In this document: one piece after another, positions 11,191 to 21,512 of the stretch
Layout: the number at the start of each line of letters is the position of its first letter
Numbering within the stretch: position 1 is the stretch's first letter
Virus record (IMG/VR): IMGVR_UViG_3300049846_001081
Direction: 5' to 3' (one strand)
From: a virus
Taxonomy: Duplodnaviria; Caudoviricetes
DNA: 64,000 nucleotides
The notes under the pieces: generated by a model
Seen by the model: only the letters and a program-made list of their open reading frames with translations
Database searches by the model: none
Told to the model about the DNA's origin: nothing
Made by a program: the position numbers and the translations under genes

Positions 11191-11332
11191 ACAGTTTCAA
11201 GAAGATTGGAGCAATAAATATAAAAAGAGTATTGATTGTTCTAATCCGAAAGGATTTTCCCAGCGTGCCCACTGCGCGGGGAGAAAAAAAAGAGCAAAAG
11301 GTGAGCAAACCAAATCAAAACCAGTTGAGTAA
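11177..11332 (+). CDS. 51-aa basic protein with capsid-targeting-like N-terminus (not in ORF track)
   Basis: Hand translation MKTFKQFQEDWSNKYKKSIDCSNPKGFSQRAHCAGRKKRAKGEQTKSKPVE; its stop overlaps the next ATG. Confidence 0.7.
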   Translation: MKTFKQFQEDWSNKYKKSIDCSNPKGFSQRAHCAGRKKRAKGEQTKSKPVE

Positions 11333-13032
11333 TGCCAAAGTTAAAGACACATAAAACAGTTGAACAAATTGCTAAAAAGCATCGTCTTGACGTGTCTTTT
11401 ATTCAGAAGCAACTTGATATGGGTGAACCTATTGAACATGAACATACTAAAGATCATGAACTTGCAATGGATATTGCCCTCCAACATCTTGATGAAATTC
11501 CAGATTATTACACTCGTTTGAAAAAAATGGAGGCAGATGCCAAAAAGCATCATAAGAAATTTAAAGATGTTACTGAAGAAGGTCTTCGTGACTGGTTTGG
11601 CAAATCAAAATCAAAAGATGGAAAGTCTGGGTGGGTAAATGTTGTAACAGGTGGAACGTGTGCTAGTGATGAACCAGGAGAGGGTGTTCCTAAATGTGTT
11701 TCTTCAGCAAAAAGAGCAAGTATGACACCGGCAGAAAGACGTTCCGCAGCAAGAAGAAAAAAGCAAGCAGATCCAGGACAACAACAAAAATCTGGAGCAG
11801 CAAAACCAACATACGTTTCAACTGATAGTCCAAGAAAGAAAATGAAAAAAGAAGAAGTAGAACTTCAAGAAGTTAAAGACAAACCAAGGAAAAGTAGCGG
11901 TAAAAAGGATGCCTGTTACCATAAAGTAAAGTCACGTTACAGTGTTTGGCCAAGTGCATATGCATCTGGAGCATTGGTCAAATGTCGTAAAGTTGGTGCC
12001 GATAATTGGGGAACTAAATCGGAAGCAGTAGAAGAACAAAGATATTGCCCTTTGTGCGACAAAAGAGAAACTAGATCTGAGTGTTCTTATGGCGAAAAAG
12101 CATGGGATAAAGTTTCCGTTCAAGATCATGAATATTCTATGGCTCGTTCAGAACTAAGTACTATCCACGATGCTTTAAAAAGATTGGAACAAAAAATTGG
12201 TAAAGGTGAAGGTAATTTAGAGGCATGGGTACAATCAAAAATTACCAAAGCAGCAGATTATATTGACACTGCAGCAGACTATGTTGCAAGTGGCGAGATG
12301 AATGAAGGACAAAAGTGTTGGCCTGGATACAAGAAAAAAGGAACTCAAACACTTTTTGGTAAAAAATACAATCGCTGTGTAAAAGCAGAAGATGTAACTA
12401 TTGAAGATGCAGATGGAAATACATTTGCAGAAGTTGTTGATTTAATCAAACCAGAACCAATTAAAGGATTTAAAACACAAGTAAGTGAGGCAATGAGACT
12501 TCAAGCACAAACTGGAAACATTCTTGCAATTACTTTACTTTGGAGAGGAAAATATTATGCGGTTCGCATGTTTTTCCCCCAAACTAAACTTCCATCACGT
12601 CAAGATGTAACTGACGAAATTCAAAAAGTATATCCTGGGGCAAAAGTAGTCCATCATTCTGTTTCCGAATTTACTCCAGGACAACCTTTGATTCAAGCTT
12701 TTGGACCTCAAGGTGGAAGCACAGCGAAATTTGGACCAAATAAAAATTATGTAAAACCAATGGGAGAAGAGGTAGACATTGTAGAGGTTGCTGCATGGCA
12801 AAGAAAAGAAGGTAAAAATAAATCTGGGGGATTAAATGAAAAGGGCAGAAAGTCCTACGAACGCGATAATCCTGGTTCTGATCTAAAGGCACCATCTAAG
12901 AAAGTTGGTAATCCTCGTCGTGCATCATTCTGTGCAAGAATGAGAGGTATGAAAGAGAAACTGACTTCTCAAGAAACCGCAAGAGATCCTGATTCAAGAA
13001 TCAATAAGTCCCTTAGAGCTTGGAATTGTTAA
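11332..13032 (+). CDS. Mosaic Lys/Arg-rich putative internal virion protein
   Basis: 566 aa of short modules (HEHTKD..IALQHLDEIPDYY; KDACYHKVKSRYSVWPSAYAS; AWQRKEGKN...SFCARM) between gp16 and gp17. Confidence 0.65.
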   Translation: MPKLKTHKTVEQIAKKHRLDVSFIQKQLDMGEPIEHEHTKDHELAMDIALQHLDEIPDYYTRLKKMEADAKKHHKKFKDVTEEGLRDWFGKSKSKDGKSGWVNVVTGGTCASDEPGEGVPKCVSSAKRASMTPAERRSAARRKKQADPGQQQKSGAAKPTYVSTDSPRKKMKKEEVELQEVKDKPRKSSGKKDACYHKVKSRYSVWPSAYASGALVKCRKVGADNWGTKSEAVEEQRYCPLCDKRETRSECSYGEKAWDKVSVQDHEYSMARSELSTIHDALKRLEQKIGKGEGNLEAWVQSKITKAADYIDTAADYVASGEMNEGQKCWPGYKKKGTQTLFGKKYNRCVKAEDVTIEDADGNTFAEVVDLIKPEPIKGFKTQVSEAMRLQAQTGNILAITLLWRGKYYAVRMFFPQTKLPSRQDVTDEIQKVYPGAKVVHHSVSEFTPGQPLIQAFGPQGGSTAKFGPNKNYVKPMGEEVDIVEVAAWQRKEGKNKSGGLNEKGRKSYERDNPGSDLKAPSKKVGNPRRASFCARMRGMKEKLTSQETARDPDSRINKSLRAWNC

Positions 13033-13051
13033 TTTATAAGTAGGTTTCATT

Positions 13052-14698
13052 ATGAGTGACGTATATCTTGGTAATCCGCTTTTAAAAAAAGCAAATACTC
13101 CCATTGAATTTACACAAGAACAAATTTTAGAATTTGTTAAGTGTAAAGATGATCCAGTTTACTTTGCCAAAAATTATGTAAAAATTGTAACTCTGGACCA
13201 CGGATTACAAACTTTTCAACCATATCATTTCCAAGAAAAGTTAATTAATAATTTCCATAAACACAGATTTAACATCTGCAAGATGCCACGACAGACTGGT
13301 AAGTCTACAACTGTGGTATCTTTCCTTTTACATTATGCAGTATTTAATGATAATGTTAACATTGGTATTCTTGCAAACAAAGCAGCAACTGCAAGAGAAT
13401 TATTGGATAGATTGCAGACTGCATATGAAAATCTACCAAAATGGATGCAACAAGGTATCATATCATGGAATAAAGGTTCCTTAGAATTAGAAAATGGATC
13501 AAAGATTCTGGCTGCTTCTACATCTGCAAGTGCTGTCCGAGGCATGTCGTTCAATATCCTCTTCTTGGACGAATTCGCTTTCGTTCCGAACCATATCGCA
13601 GATTCCTTCTTCGCATCTGTTTATCCTACGATCACCTCTGGTAAGCAAACTAAAGTTATTATAGTTTCTACTCCACACGGTATGAATCATTTCTACCGAA
13701 TGTGGCATGATGCTGAAAAAGGTAAAAATGAATATGTGTTTACAGACGTTCATTGGAGTGAAGTTCCTGGACGTGATGAAGAATGGAAAAAGCAAACAAT
13801 TGCAAATACATCGGAGCAACAATTTAAAGTTGAGTTTGAATGTGAATTTCTAGGATCTGTTGATACTCTTATTGCACCAAGCAAGCTTAGGGCTCTCGTC
13901 TACGACCATCCTAAGACCCGCAGTGGCGGTTTAGATGTATATGTGGATCCAGAGGAACAACACGATTACCTCATCACTGTAGACGTTGCTAGAGGTGTAG
14001 GAAACGATTATTCAGCTTTTACAATTATTGATATAACACAATTCCCACATAAAGTTGTTGCAAAATATAGAAATAATGAAATTAAACCAATGTTATTTCC
14101 AAGTATTATTCATGATGTAGCAAAAAGTTATAATGATGCATACATTCTCTGTGAAGTTAATGATGTGGGAGATCAGGTTGCATCCATTATTCAATATGAT
14201 CTAGAGTATAATAATCTTCTCATGTGTTCAATGAGAGGTAGAGCAGGTCAAATTGTAGGTCAAGGATTTTCTGGGAAGAAAACTCAACTTGGAGTTAAAA
14301 TGTCCAAAACTGTTAAAAAAGTTGGGTGCCTTAATCTTAAAACGATGATTGAAGAAAATAAGTTGTTTCTCAATGATTATGAAATCATTAGTGAATTGAC
14401 AACGTTTATTCAAAAACACAATTCCTTTGAGGCAGAAGAAGGGTGCAATGATGACTTAGCAATGTGTCTTGTCATTTATGCTTGGTTAGTTGCACAAGAC
14501 TACTTCAAAGAACTTACTGATCAGGATGTAAGAAAAAGATTATATGAGGAGCAAAAAAATCAAATTGAACAAGATATGTCTCCATTTGGATTTATCTCTG
14601 ATGGTCTTGATGATTCAAGTTTTGTGGATGATGATGGAGATAGATGGCACCTTGATGAATATGGAGACCGTGCATATATGTGGGAATATTTGTCATAA
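13052..14698 (+). CDS. gp17: Terminase large subunit gp17
   Basis: Walker A PRQTGKST, Walker B LFLDEFAF, coupling motif VSTPHG, RNase H-like nuclease DVARG...DDLAM. Confidence 0.97.
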   Translation: MSDVYLGNPLLKKANTPIEFTQEQILEFVKCKDDPVYFAKNYVKIVTLDHGLQTFQPYHFQEKLINNFHKHRFNICKMPRQTGKSTTVVSFLLHYAVFNDNVNIGILANKAATARELLDRLQTAYENLPKWMQQGIISWNKGSLELENGSKILAASTSASAVRGMSFNILFLDEFAFVPNHIADSFFASVYPTITSGKQTKVIIVSTPHGMNHFYRMWHDAEKGKNEYVFTDVHWSEVPGRDEEWKKQTIANTSEQQFKVEFECEFLGSVDTLIAPSKLRALVYDHPKTRSGGLDVYVDPEEQHDYLITVDVARGVGNDYSAFTIIDITQFPHKVVAKYRNNEIKPMLFPSIIHDVAKSYNDAYILCEVNDVGDQVASIIQYDLEYNNLLMCSMRGRAGQIVGQGFSGKKTQLGVKMSKTVKKVGCLNLKTMIEENKLFLNDYEIISELTTFIQKHNSFEAEEGCNDDLAMCLVIYAWLVAQDYFKELTDQDVRKRLYEEQKNQIEQDMSPFGFISDGLDDSSFVDDDGDRWHLDEYGDRAYMWEYLS

Positions 14699-14928
14699 TG
14701 GAATTAGATAAACAAATAAAACTAGGTCATTTATTATTAGTTGATAGAAAGTGTAGAGTTTGTGGTGAAATGAAAAATTTAATAGATGGATTTTATCAAA
14801 CTCGCAAAGACAGGGGTCCTGTACTTTCTTCATACTCATATGAATGTAAAGATTGTACCATAAAGCGCATAGTTATTAGTAGGATGAAAAGTAATGTTTT
14901 TGGTAAGTGGGAATATCCTGACTGGTAA
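14698..14928 (+). CDS. Small zinc-finger protein
   Basis: CRVC...ECKDC; ATG at 14698 overlaps gp17 stop. Confidence 0.65.
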   Translation: MELDKQIKLGHLLLVDRKCRVCGEMKNLIDGFYQTRKDRGPVLSSYSYECKDCTIKRIVISRMKSNVFGKWEYPDW

Positions 14929-15013
14929 ATTTTGTTCACGTCACATTTCCCCCGTGAAAAGTGATTTTTTAATAAATATTTTTTAGATAAACTGAGATTT
15001 AACGGAGAAAAAC

Positions 15014-17197
15014 ATGGCGACTCCTCAATTATCTCCTGGTGTACTAGTCAGAGAGGTTGATTTAACTGTAGGGAGAGCTGATAATGTTTTAGATAACATT
15101 GGTGCAATTGCAGGACCATTCCCAATTGGACCAGTTGATTACCCAATTGACATCACTACAGAACAAGATCTTATCAATGTTTTTGGTAAGCCAATTTCAA
15201 CAGATGCTCAATATGAGTATTGGATGAGTGCATCATCTTTCCTCTCATATGGTGGTGTTTTAAAGGTTGTAAGAACTAGTGGATCAACTCTAAACAATGC
15301 TAATGCTGGAGTTGGAATCGCTTCAACCACGGTTCTAAAAATTGACAATTATGATGATTATACCAATAATCATTCAGATGGTACAAACTATACTTATAGT
15401 GCAAAGAATCCAGGCACTTGGGCAAATGGACTAAAAGTATGTTTTATTGATGATTTAGCAGATCAAACAATAGGAATTGCAACTACAAGTTTAGCAGGCG
15501 TCGGTGCTACTGTTGGTTATGGAGTAACAGTAGCACTTACTAGTCAAGTGATTGCTGGATCTGGAAGCACTTCCCTGTTTACTGGATACTTAAAGGGTAT
15601 CATTACTGGAGTAACGACAGACGCAACAAATGGAAACAGTACAATTGATGTAAAGATTGTATCAAGAGTTTCAACTGCTGGAACTGAAACTAAAATTGAT
15701 TATGCGGAAGGTTCCACCATAGCAGCTTTTGCGGCTTCTAATGCAATTAAATTTATTAATAGTTCTGGAGCACAAGCAGGATCAGCAACTGTAACAACTG
15801 TTTCTGATTGGTATAACAATCAGACTCTTGGATTAACAAATACAACTATTTACTGGAAATCAATAGCACCAAAACCAGTATCTAACAGATATTCTCTGGA
15901 CAGAAATGGTAAGAACGATGGTCTCCATATTGCCGTTGTTGATGACCTTGGAACTATAACTGGAAATCAAGGAACCATTATTGAAAAGCATTTAGGTCTT
16001 TCAAAAGCTCTTGATTCAGTTTCCGCTGTCAATTCTCCACAAAAAATCTGGTACAAGCAATATCTTGCAGATTTTTCTGGTCAAATTTATGCAGGAAGCA
16101 ATCCATCAAGTTCTGCTGATTCTTATTGGGGAACAAATCCAAGAGCAACTGGATTCTCAACAGCATTTACGCCATACAGCACAGCGCAAGGTCTTTGGGG
16201 ACAAAATGCCCAAGATACAATTTTCAGTGCAATCGGAAATGAGACCTACACTCTAGGTGGTGGCGTTAATTATTCTGCCTCTGGTGGAATGAAAGCAACA
16301 TTGGGAGATTTAATTACTTCATATGGTCTTTTCTCCAACAAAGATGAAGTTCAAGTTGATTACTTAATCATGGGACCTGGTTTAGATAATGAATCAGATT
16401 CTCAAGCAAAGGCAAACTATCTGATTTCAGTTGCTGGAGATAGAAAGGACTGTGTTGCTGTTATTGGACCACATAGAGCAAATCTAATTGGTATTACAAA
16501 TACAGCGACTCAAACATCTAATCTCATCAAATACTTCAGCCCACTTTCTTCCTCATCTTATGCAGTATTTGATAGTGGATATAAGTATACATACGATAGA
16601 TTTAACAACAAGTTTGTTTACATTCCTTGCAATGCTGATGTTGCTGGTCTAATGACTAGAACAAACATTGTAGCATATCCTTGGTTCTCTCCTGCAGGTC
16701 AACAACGCGGAATCCTGAATAATGCAATTAAACTTGCATATAATCCAAACAAGGCACAGAGAGATCAATTGTATCCTCTGAGAATTAACTCCATCGTCAC
16801 TCAACCTGGTGTTGGAACTCTGTTATTTGGAGATAAAACAGCTCTTGCTTACGCATCAGCATTTGATAGGATTAACGTTCGCCGTTTGTTCCTCACCATT
16901 GAGCAAGCACTTCAAAGAGCAGCTGAGGCACAACTTTTTGAACTGAACGATGAGCTTACAAGAGCAAACTTTAAGAATATTGTTGAACCTTACCTCCGTG
17001 ACGTTCAGGCAAAGAGAGGACTTTATGGATTCCTAGTTGTTTGTGATACATCAAATAACACCCCAGATGTAATTGATAATAATGAATTTAGAGCTGACAT
17101 TTATCTGAAGCCTACTAAGTCCATCAACTATGTAACACTGACATTTGTTGCTACGAGAACTGGTATCTCGTTTGAAGAAGTAGCAGGTACAGTTTGA
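15014..17197 (+). CDS. gp18: Tail sheath protein gp18
   Basis: LSPGVLVREVD start; PWFSPAG, GDKT, FDRINVRRLF, KSINYVTLTF C-terminal motifs. Confidence 0.96.
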   Translation: MATPQLSPGVLVREVDLTVGRADNVLDNIGAIAGPFPIGPVDYPIDITTEQDLINVFGKPISTDAQYEYWMSASSFLSYGGVLKVVRTSGSTLNNANAGVGIASTTVLKIDNYDDYTNNHSDGTNYTYSAKNPGTWANGLKVCFIDDLADQTIGIATTSLAGVGATVGYGVTVALTSQVIAGSGSTSLFTGYLKGIITGVTTDATNGNSTIDVKIVSRVSTAGTETKIDYAEGSTIAAFAASNAIKFINSSGAQAGSATVTTVSDWYNNQTLGLTNTTIYWKSIAPKPVSNRYSLDRNGKNDGLHIAVVDDLGTITGNQGTIIEKHLGLSKALDSVSAVNSPQKIWYKQYLADFSGQIYAGSNPSSSADSYWGTNPRATGFSTAFTPYSTAQGLWGQNAQDTIFSAIGNETYTLGGGVNYSASGGMKATLGDLITSYGLFSNKDEVQVDYLIMGPGLDNESDSQAKANYLISVAGDRKDCVAVIGPHRANLIGITNTATQTSNLIKYFSPLSSSSYAVFDSGYKYTYDRFNNKFVYIPCNADVAGLMTRTNIVAYPWFSPAGQQRGILNNAIKLAYNPNKAQRDQLYPLRINSIVTQPGVGTLLFGDKTALAYASAFDRINVRRLFLTIEQALQRAAEAQLFELNDELTRANFKNIVEPYLRDVQAKRGLYGFLVVCDTSNNTPDVIDNNEFRADIYLKPTKSINYVTLTFVATRTGISFEEVAGTV

Positions 17198-17233
17198 TAA
17201 TCATTATCTAAATAACAAAAGGAGGACCTAAAA

Positions 17234-17803
17234 ATGGCACACAGCATTCAGGATTTTAAAACAGCACTTAAGGGGGGCGGTGCCCGCCCCAATCTATTTG
17301 AAGTTGTTTTAACAGATTTTCCAGGTGGAGCAGAATTTGATGCTACGGAATTTTCTGTGTTATGTAAAGCAGCTAACTTACCCGCATCAAATATTGCTTC
17401 AATTGATGTTCCTTTTAGAGGAAGAATCTTCAAAGTAGCAGGTGATCGCACCTTTGATACTTGGTCAATTACTGTAATTAATGATGAAGATTTTAAAATC
17501 AGAACAGCAATGGAAGCTTGGATGCAATATGTGGGACAATATGCAGATGGAAGTGGTGCAACTAATCCAAATGATTACATGAGAGATGTTCTCGTTAAAC
17601 AATTGAAAAGACTTCCAAGTACAGTTGGTGGAAACAATGCAGTTGGTTCTGGTTTAGAAGTTGCTAAACAGTATAAATTCTATAGTATCTTCCCAACCAA
17701 CATTTCTGCAATTGATCTCTCATATGATACCGCAGATACAATTGAAGAATTCACTGTAGAATTCCAAGTTCAATATTGGACTCCATATACCGGTGAAAAC
17801 TGA
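17234..17803 (+). CDS. gp19: Tail tube protein gp19
   Basis: GGARPNLFEV, VPFRGR..KVAGDRTFDTW, IEEFTVEFQVQYW. Confidence 0.95.
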   Translation: MAHSIQDFKTALKGGGARPNLFEVVLTDFPGGAEFDATEFSVLCKAANLPASNIASIDVPFRGRIFKVAGDRTFDTWSITVINDEDFKIRTAMEAWMQYVGQYADGSGATNPNDYMRDVLVKQLKRLPSTVGGNNAVGSGLEVAKQYKFYSIFPTNISAIDLSYDTADTIEEFTVEFQVQYWTPYTGEN

Positions 17804-17843
17804 TCTAATAAATATCCTTATAAGATCAAAAGAAAAATAAATT

Positions 17844-19532
17844 ATGGCAAAATTGTTTGGATTTTCTATTGAAGATAATGAACCATTATCTCCTGGAGTA
17901 ATCTCTCCCGTTCCACAAAATAGTGAGGATGGGAGTGATTTTTATCTTTCCAGTGGATTTTTTGGTTCTTATGTAGACATTGAGGGTGTTTACAGAACAG
18001 AATTTGATTTAATCAAAAGATATCGTGAAATGGCACTTCACCCAGAATGTGATAGTGCCATTGAAGATATTGTAAACGAAGCAATTGTTAGTGATACAAA
18101 TGATAGTCCTGTTTCAATTGAGTTATCAAATCTTAATGCAAGCGACGGGATAAAAAGAAAAATCAGAGAAGAGTTTAAACATATTCTAGAACTTTTAGAT
18201 TTTGATAGGAAGTCTCACGAAATATACAGAAATTGGTATGTTGATGGTAGATTATACTACCATAAAGTTATTGACATAAAAAATCCACATGAAGGAATTC
18301 AAGAACTTCGTTATATTGACGCAATGAAAATGCGTTACGTTCGCCAACAAAAACAAACTGAAAAGGATAAAAAGATTTATAGATTGGCTAATGTTAATGT
18401 TGACGATCCAATGAGTTATGAATTTCCAGAAATAGAGGAATATTTTGTTTATAATCCAAAAATGACTTATCCTACCACCAATCCATCTTCTTTAGGTGGA
18501 ACTGGTGGAATTAAATTTTCAAAAGATTCTATTACATATTGCACTTCAGGTCTTGTAGATAGAAATAAGGGATCAACTCTTTCATATCTCCACAAAGCAA
18601 TTAAGTCTCTCAATCAACTTCGTATGATTGAAGATAGTCTTGTTATCTACAGACTATCTCGCGCACCCGAACGTAGAATTTTCTACATTGATGTTGGAAA
18701 TCTCCCTAAAGTAAAGGCAGAACAATATCTTCGTGATGTAATGATGCGTTATAGAAATAAAATGGTCTATGATGCAAACACCGGAGAGATTCGCGATGAT
18801 AAAAAGTTTATGGCAATGCTTGAGGACTTTTGGCTTCCAAGAAGAGAGGGTGGTAGAGGAACAGAAATTTCCACACTTCCTGGCGGTCAAAATCTTGGAG
18901 AAATTACAGATATTGAATACTTCAAGAAAAAACTTTACCGTTCTCTAAATGTTCCACCATCAAGAATGGATGGAGAAGGTGGATTTAATCTTGGTCGTTC
19001 GTCAGAAATTCTTCGTGACGAAGTTAAGTTCAGTAAGTTTGTTGCTCGTCTAAGAAAGAGATTTTCTTATATGTTTAATGATATGTTGAAGACTCAACTT
19101 ATTCTTAAAAATATCATTACTCCCGAAGATTGGGCAATAATGGAGGAGCATATTCAATATGACTTTTTATACGATAATCATTTTGCAGAACTTAAAGATG
19201 CAGAACTTCTAAATGAAAGACTTAATATGGTTCAAATTGCAGAACCATATGTTGGAAAGTATTTCTCTCAGGATTATGTAAGACGTAAAATTCTTCGCCA
19301 AACTGATGAGGAAATTATTGAGCAGGATAAGATTATCAAAAAAGAAATTAAAGATGGAGTTATACCAGATCCAAATGCACCAGTAGATCCAGCAACTGGG
19401 TTACCTTTAGGACCAGAAACTGCAGGTATGGATTTGGGGCAACCAGTAATGGAACCAAATCTTGATGCTCAAGGTGCCGCAACAGAAGCAAGTGGAAAAA
19501 TAGCAGAAATGCCCAAGGGTGGCGAGATATAA
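17844..19532 (+). CDS. gp20: Portal protein gp20
   Basis: IYRLSRAPERRIFYIDVGNLP, EDFWLPRREGGRGTEI motifs. Confidence 0.97.
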   Translation: MAKLFGFSIEDNEPLSPGVISPVPQNSEDGSDFYLSSGFFGSYVDIEGVYRTEFDLIKRYREMALHPECDSAIEDIVNEAIVSDTNDSPVSIELSNLNASDGIKRKIREEFKHILELLDFDRKSHEIYRNWYVDGRLYYHKVIDIKNPHEGIQELRYIDAMKMRYVRQQKQTEKDKKIYRLANVNVDDPMSYEFPEIEEYFVYNPKMTYPTTNPSSLGGTGGIKFSKDSITYCTSGLVDRNKGSTLSYLHKAIKSLNQLRMIEDSLVIYRLSRAPERRIFYIDVGNLPKVKAEQYLRDVMMRYRNKMVYDANTGEIRDDKKFMAMLEDFWLPRREGGRGTEISTLPGGQNLGEITDIEYFKKKLYRSLNVPPSRMDGEGGFNLGRSSEILRDEVKFSKFVARLRKRFSYMFNDMLKTQLILKNIITPEDWAIMEEHIQYDFLYDNHFAELKDAELLNERLNMVQIAEPYVGKYFSQDYVRRKILRQTDEEIIEQDKIIKKEIKDGVIPDPNAPVDPATGLPLGPETAGMDLGQPVMEPNLDAQGAATEASGKIAEMPKGGEI

Positions 19533-19561
19533 ATAAAAACGATTAACTATTGGTATTAAAA

Positions 19562-19723
19562 ATGGATGATCTTCTAGATATGATTGTTGCTGACGAATCA
19601 CCATCTCAAGTGAGCGATAAAATCAAAGAACTTTTATTTGCAAAATCTGCAGAAAAAATTGATGCTTTCCGCCCAACGGTAGCAGATAGTATGTTTGGAC
19701 AAGAAGAACAAGAAGAGGAATGA
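19562..19723 (+). CDS. Small acidic prohead core protein (gp67-like; not in ORF track)
   Basis: Hand translation MDDLLDMIVADESPSQVSDKIKELLFAKSAEKIDAFRPTVADSMFGQEEQEEE; directly after portal and a TATAAATA. Confidence 0.65.
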   Translation: MDDLLDMIVADESPSQVSDKIKELLFAKSAEKIDAFRPTVADSMFGQEEQEEE

Positions 19724-19724
19724 A

Positions 19725-20045
19725 ATGAAATCTTTCAAGCAATTTATCTCAGAGTCAGTTAATATTGCTGGTGATTTCACAGGAAATCTCTACATTGGTG
19801 CTCAACCAGAACAACCACAACAAGTTGGCGAAGAATATGTTGCCGATGTTATGTGGAACGGTAGTTTATATCGTTTAGAATTAGTTACTAAAACTGGAAT
19901 TCCATCAGTAAGAGATCTTGGTGAGCAATTACAATCTGATTATCCAGGAGCAGTTGTTCATCAAATTTATCCAGTAACAGAAAAGAATTTAAATATTAAA
20001 AACGCACAAAGATACCACCCATCAAAATTAGAATGGATTGATTGA
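19725..20045 (+). CDS. Hypothetical protein with capsid-targeting-like N-terminus
   Basis: Start at ATG 19725 gives MKSFKQFISE. Confidence 0.7.
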   Translation: MKSFKQFISESVNIAGDFTGNLYIGAQPEQPQQVGEEYVADVMWNGSLYRLELVTKTGIPSVRDLGEQLQSDYPGAVVHQIYPVTEKNLNIKNAQRYHPSKLEWID

Positions 20046-20048
20046 TAA

Positions 20049-21479
20049 ATGGCTCAGTGGAATATAACTATTCAAGATTATTTAAATCAAGAAAGATCTC
20101 TTTTTGAAGTTGTAGGTGTTGCATCAAGTGATGGGCAAATAATTAGCCCACAAAATCCATTTCCAGTTACTGGAACTGTTGGAATTTCGTCAGAAACTGT
20201 TGTAACTATAAACCCAGATACAAATGCTGTTGACGCCTTTGGTAGAGCAAGAGTTTCTGAACTTTTTACGCTTGGAGACTATAAGCATCTTTATGCTATT
20301 GACCCAAACTTTTTAGATAGTAGTTCTGGAGCAGGTTCAACAGTATCATTTTTACAAAATCAAGCAGCTGCTAGACTTCAAACTGGTATTGGATCAACTG
20401 CATCTAGTATTCATCAAACAAAGTTTTATCATCACTATCAACCAGGAAAAGGACAACTAATTTTTAGTTCTTTTAATTTTTATGCACCTCAACAAAATGC
20501 AACTAAAAGAACTGGATACTTTGATGATAGAGACGGAATTTATTTTGAACAAGTTGGACTAAGCACTTCTGATGGAATAAATGCTGGTATTGGAACAAAC
20601 AATTGGGTAATCAGAACTTTTATAAGTGGAATTGCAACAGAAACCAGAGTTCCACAATCACAATGGAACAGAGATAAATGTGATGGAACAGGAATTTCTG
20701 GATTTAATTTAGACATTACAAAAACTCAACTTGCATTTATAGATTTTCAGTGGTTAGGCGTTGGTAGAGTCCGTTGTGGTTTTGCTCACAATGGACAACT
20801 TATTACCGCACACGAATTTTACCACTCTAACAATTTAGCAACTGTTTATATTACCAACCCAAACCTACCAGTTCGTTGTGAAATTAGAAACACTGGTGTA
20901 GGTATTGGAGCATCATTTGATCAGATCTGTTCTTCTGTAATGTCAGAGGGCGGATATGTGGAAAGTGGCATTGACTTTGCCGTTACAATGACCACATCAA
21001 GAACAACTCCAACACCAGCAGGAACTGAACTTCCTCTGATTGCAATTCGTCTTAAAAATACTTTCCAAGCATATCCGAATAGAATATCAGTAAGATTAAA
21101 TAACCTCTCAATACATTGTGAAACCAATAGTATCATTTATAGAGTTATTAAACTTCCAAGTTCTGCTTATTTGAGTAACGCTGGAACTTTAACTTGGACC
21201 TCTGCTTCTTCCAACAGTGGAGTTGAATACTGTATAGATGCTACAACTTATAGTGATGGTGATGAGTTTGCATCAGGATATGTTCCTTCTGGTGCGTCTC
21301 AAAACTCACTTTCACCAGTTGCTTCCGGAACATTAAGTGCAGCAAAGAAAAATATCATTGTTCAAAACATAGATTCATCAAGTTCTGAAATTTATGTAAT
21401 TGTTGTAAGAACTATTACAACAACGGGCAATGCTGTTGCCAACGTTGCTTGTGCTCTTCAATGGAGGGAGATTTATTAA
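20049..21479 (+). CDS. Hypothetical, probably virion structural protein
   Basis: 476-aa beta-rich ORF within the head gene cluster. Confidence 0.6.
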   Translation: MAQWNITIQDYLNQERSLFEVVGVASSDGQIISPQNPFPVTGTVGISSETVVTINPDTNAVDAFGRARVSELFTLGDYKHLYAIDPNFLDSSSGAGSTVSFLQNQAAARLQTGIGSTASSIHQTKFYHHYQPGKGQLIFSSFNFYAPQQNATKRTGYFDDRDGIYFEQVGLSTSDGINAGIGTNNWVIRTFISGIATETRVPQSQWNRDKCDGTGISGFNLDITKTQLAFIDFQWLGVGRVRCGFAHNGQLITAHEFYHSNNLATVYITNPNLPVRCEIRNTGVGIGASFDQICSSVMSEGGYVESGIDFAVTMTTSRTTPTPAGTELPLIAIRLKNTFQAYPNRISVRLNNLSIHCETNSIIYRVIKLPSSAYLSNAGTLTWTSASSNSGVEYCIDATTYSDGDEFASGYVPSGASQNSLSPVASGTLSAAKKNIIVQNIDSSSSEIYVIVVRTITTTGNAVANVACALQWREIY

Positions 21480-21512
21480 ATAATAAATAACTAAAAGTGT
21501 ATTATACGAATA

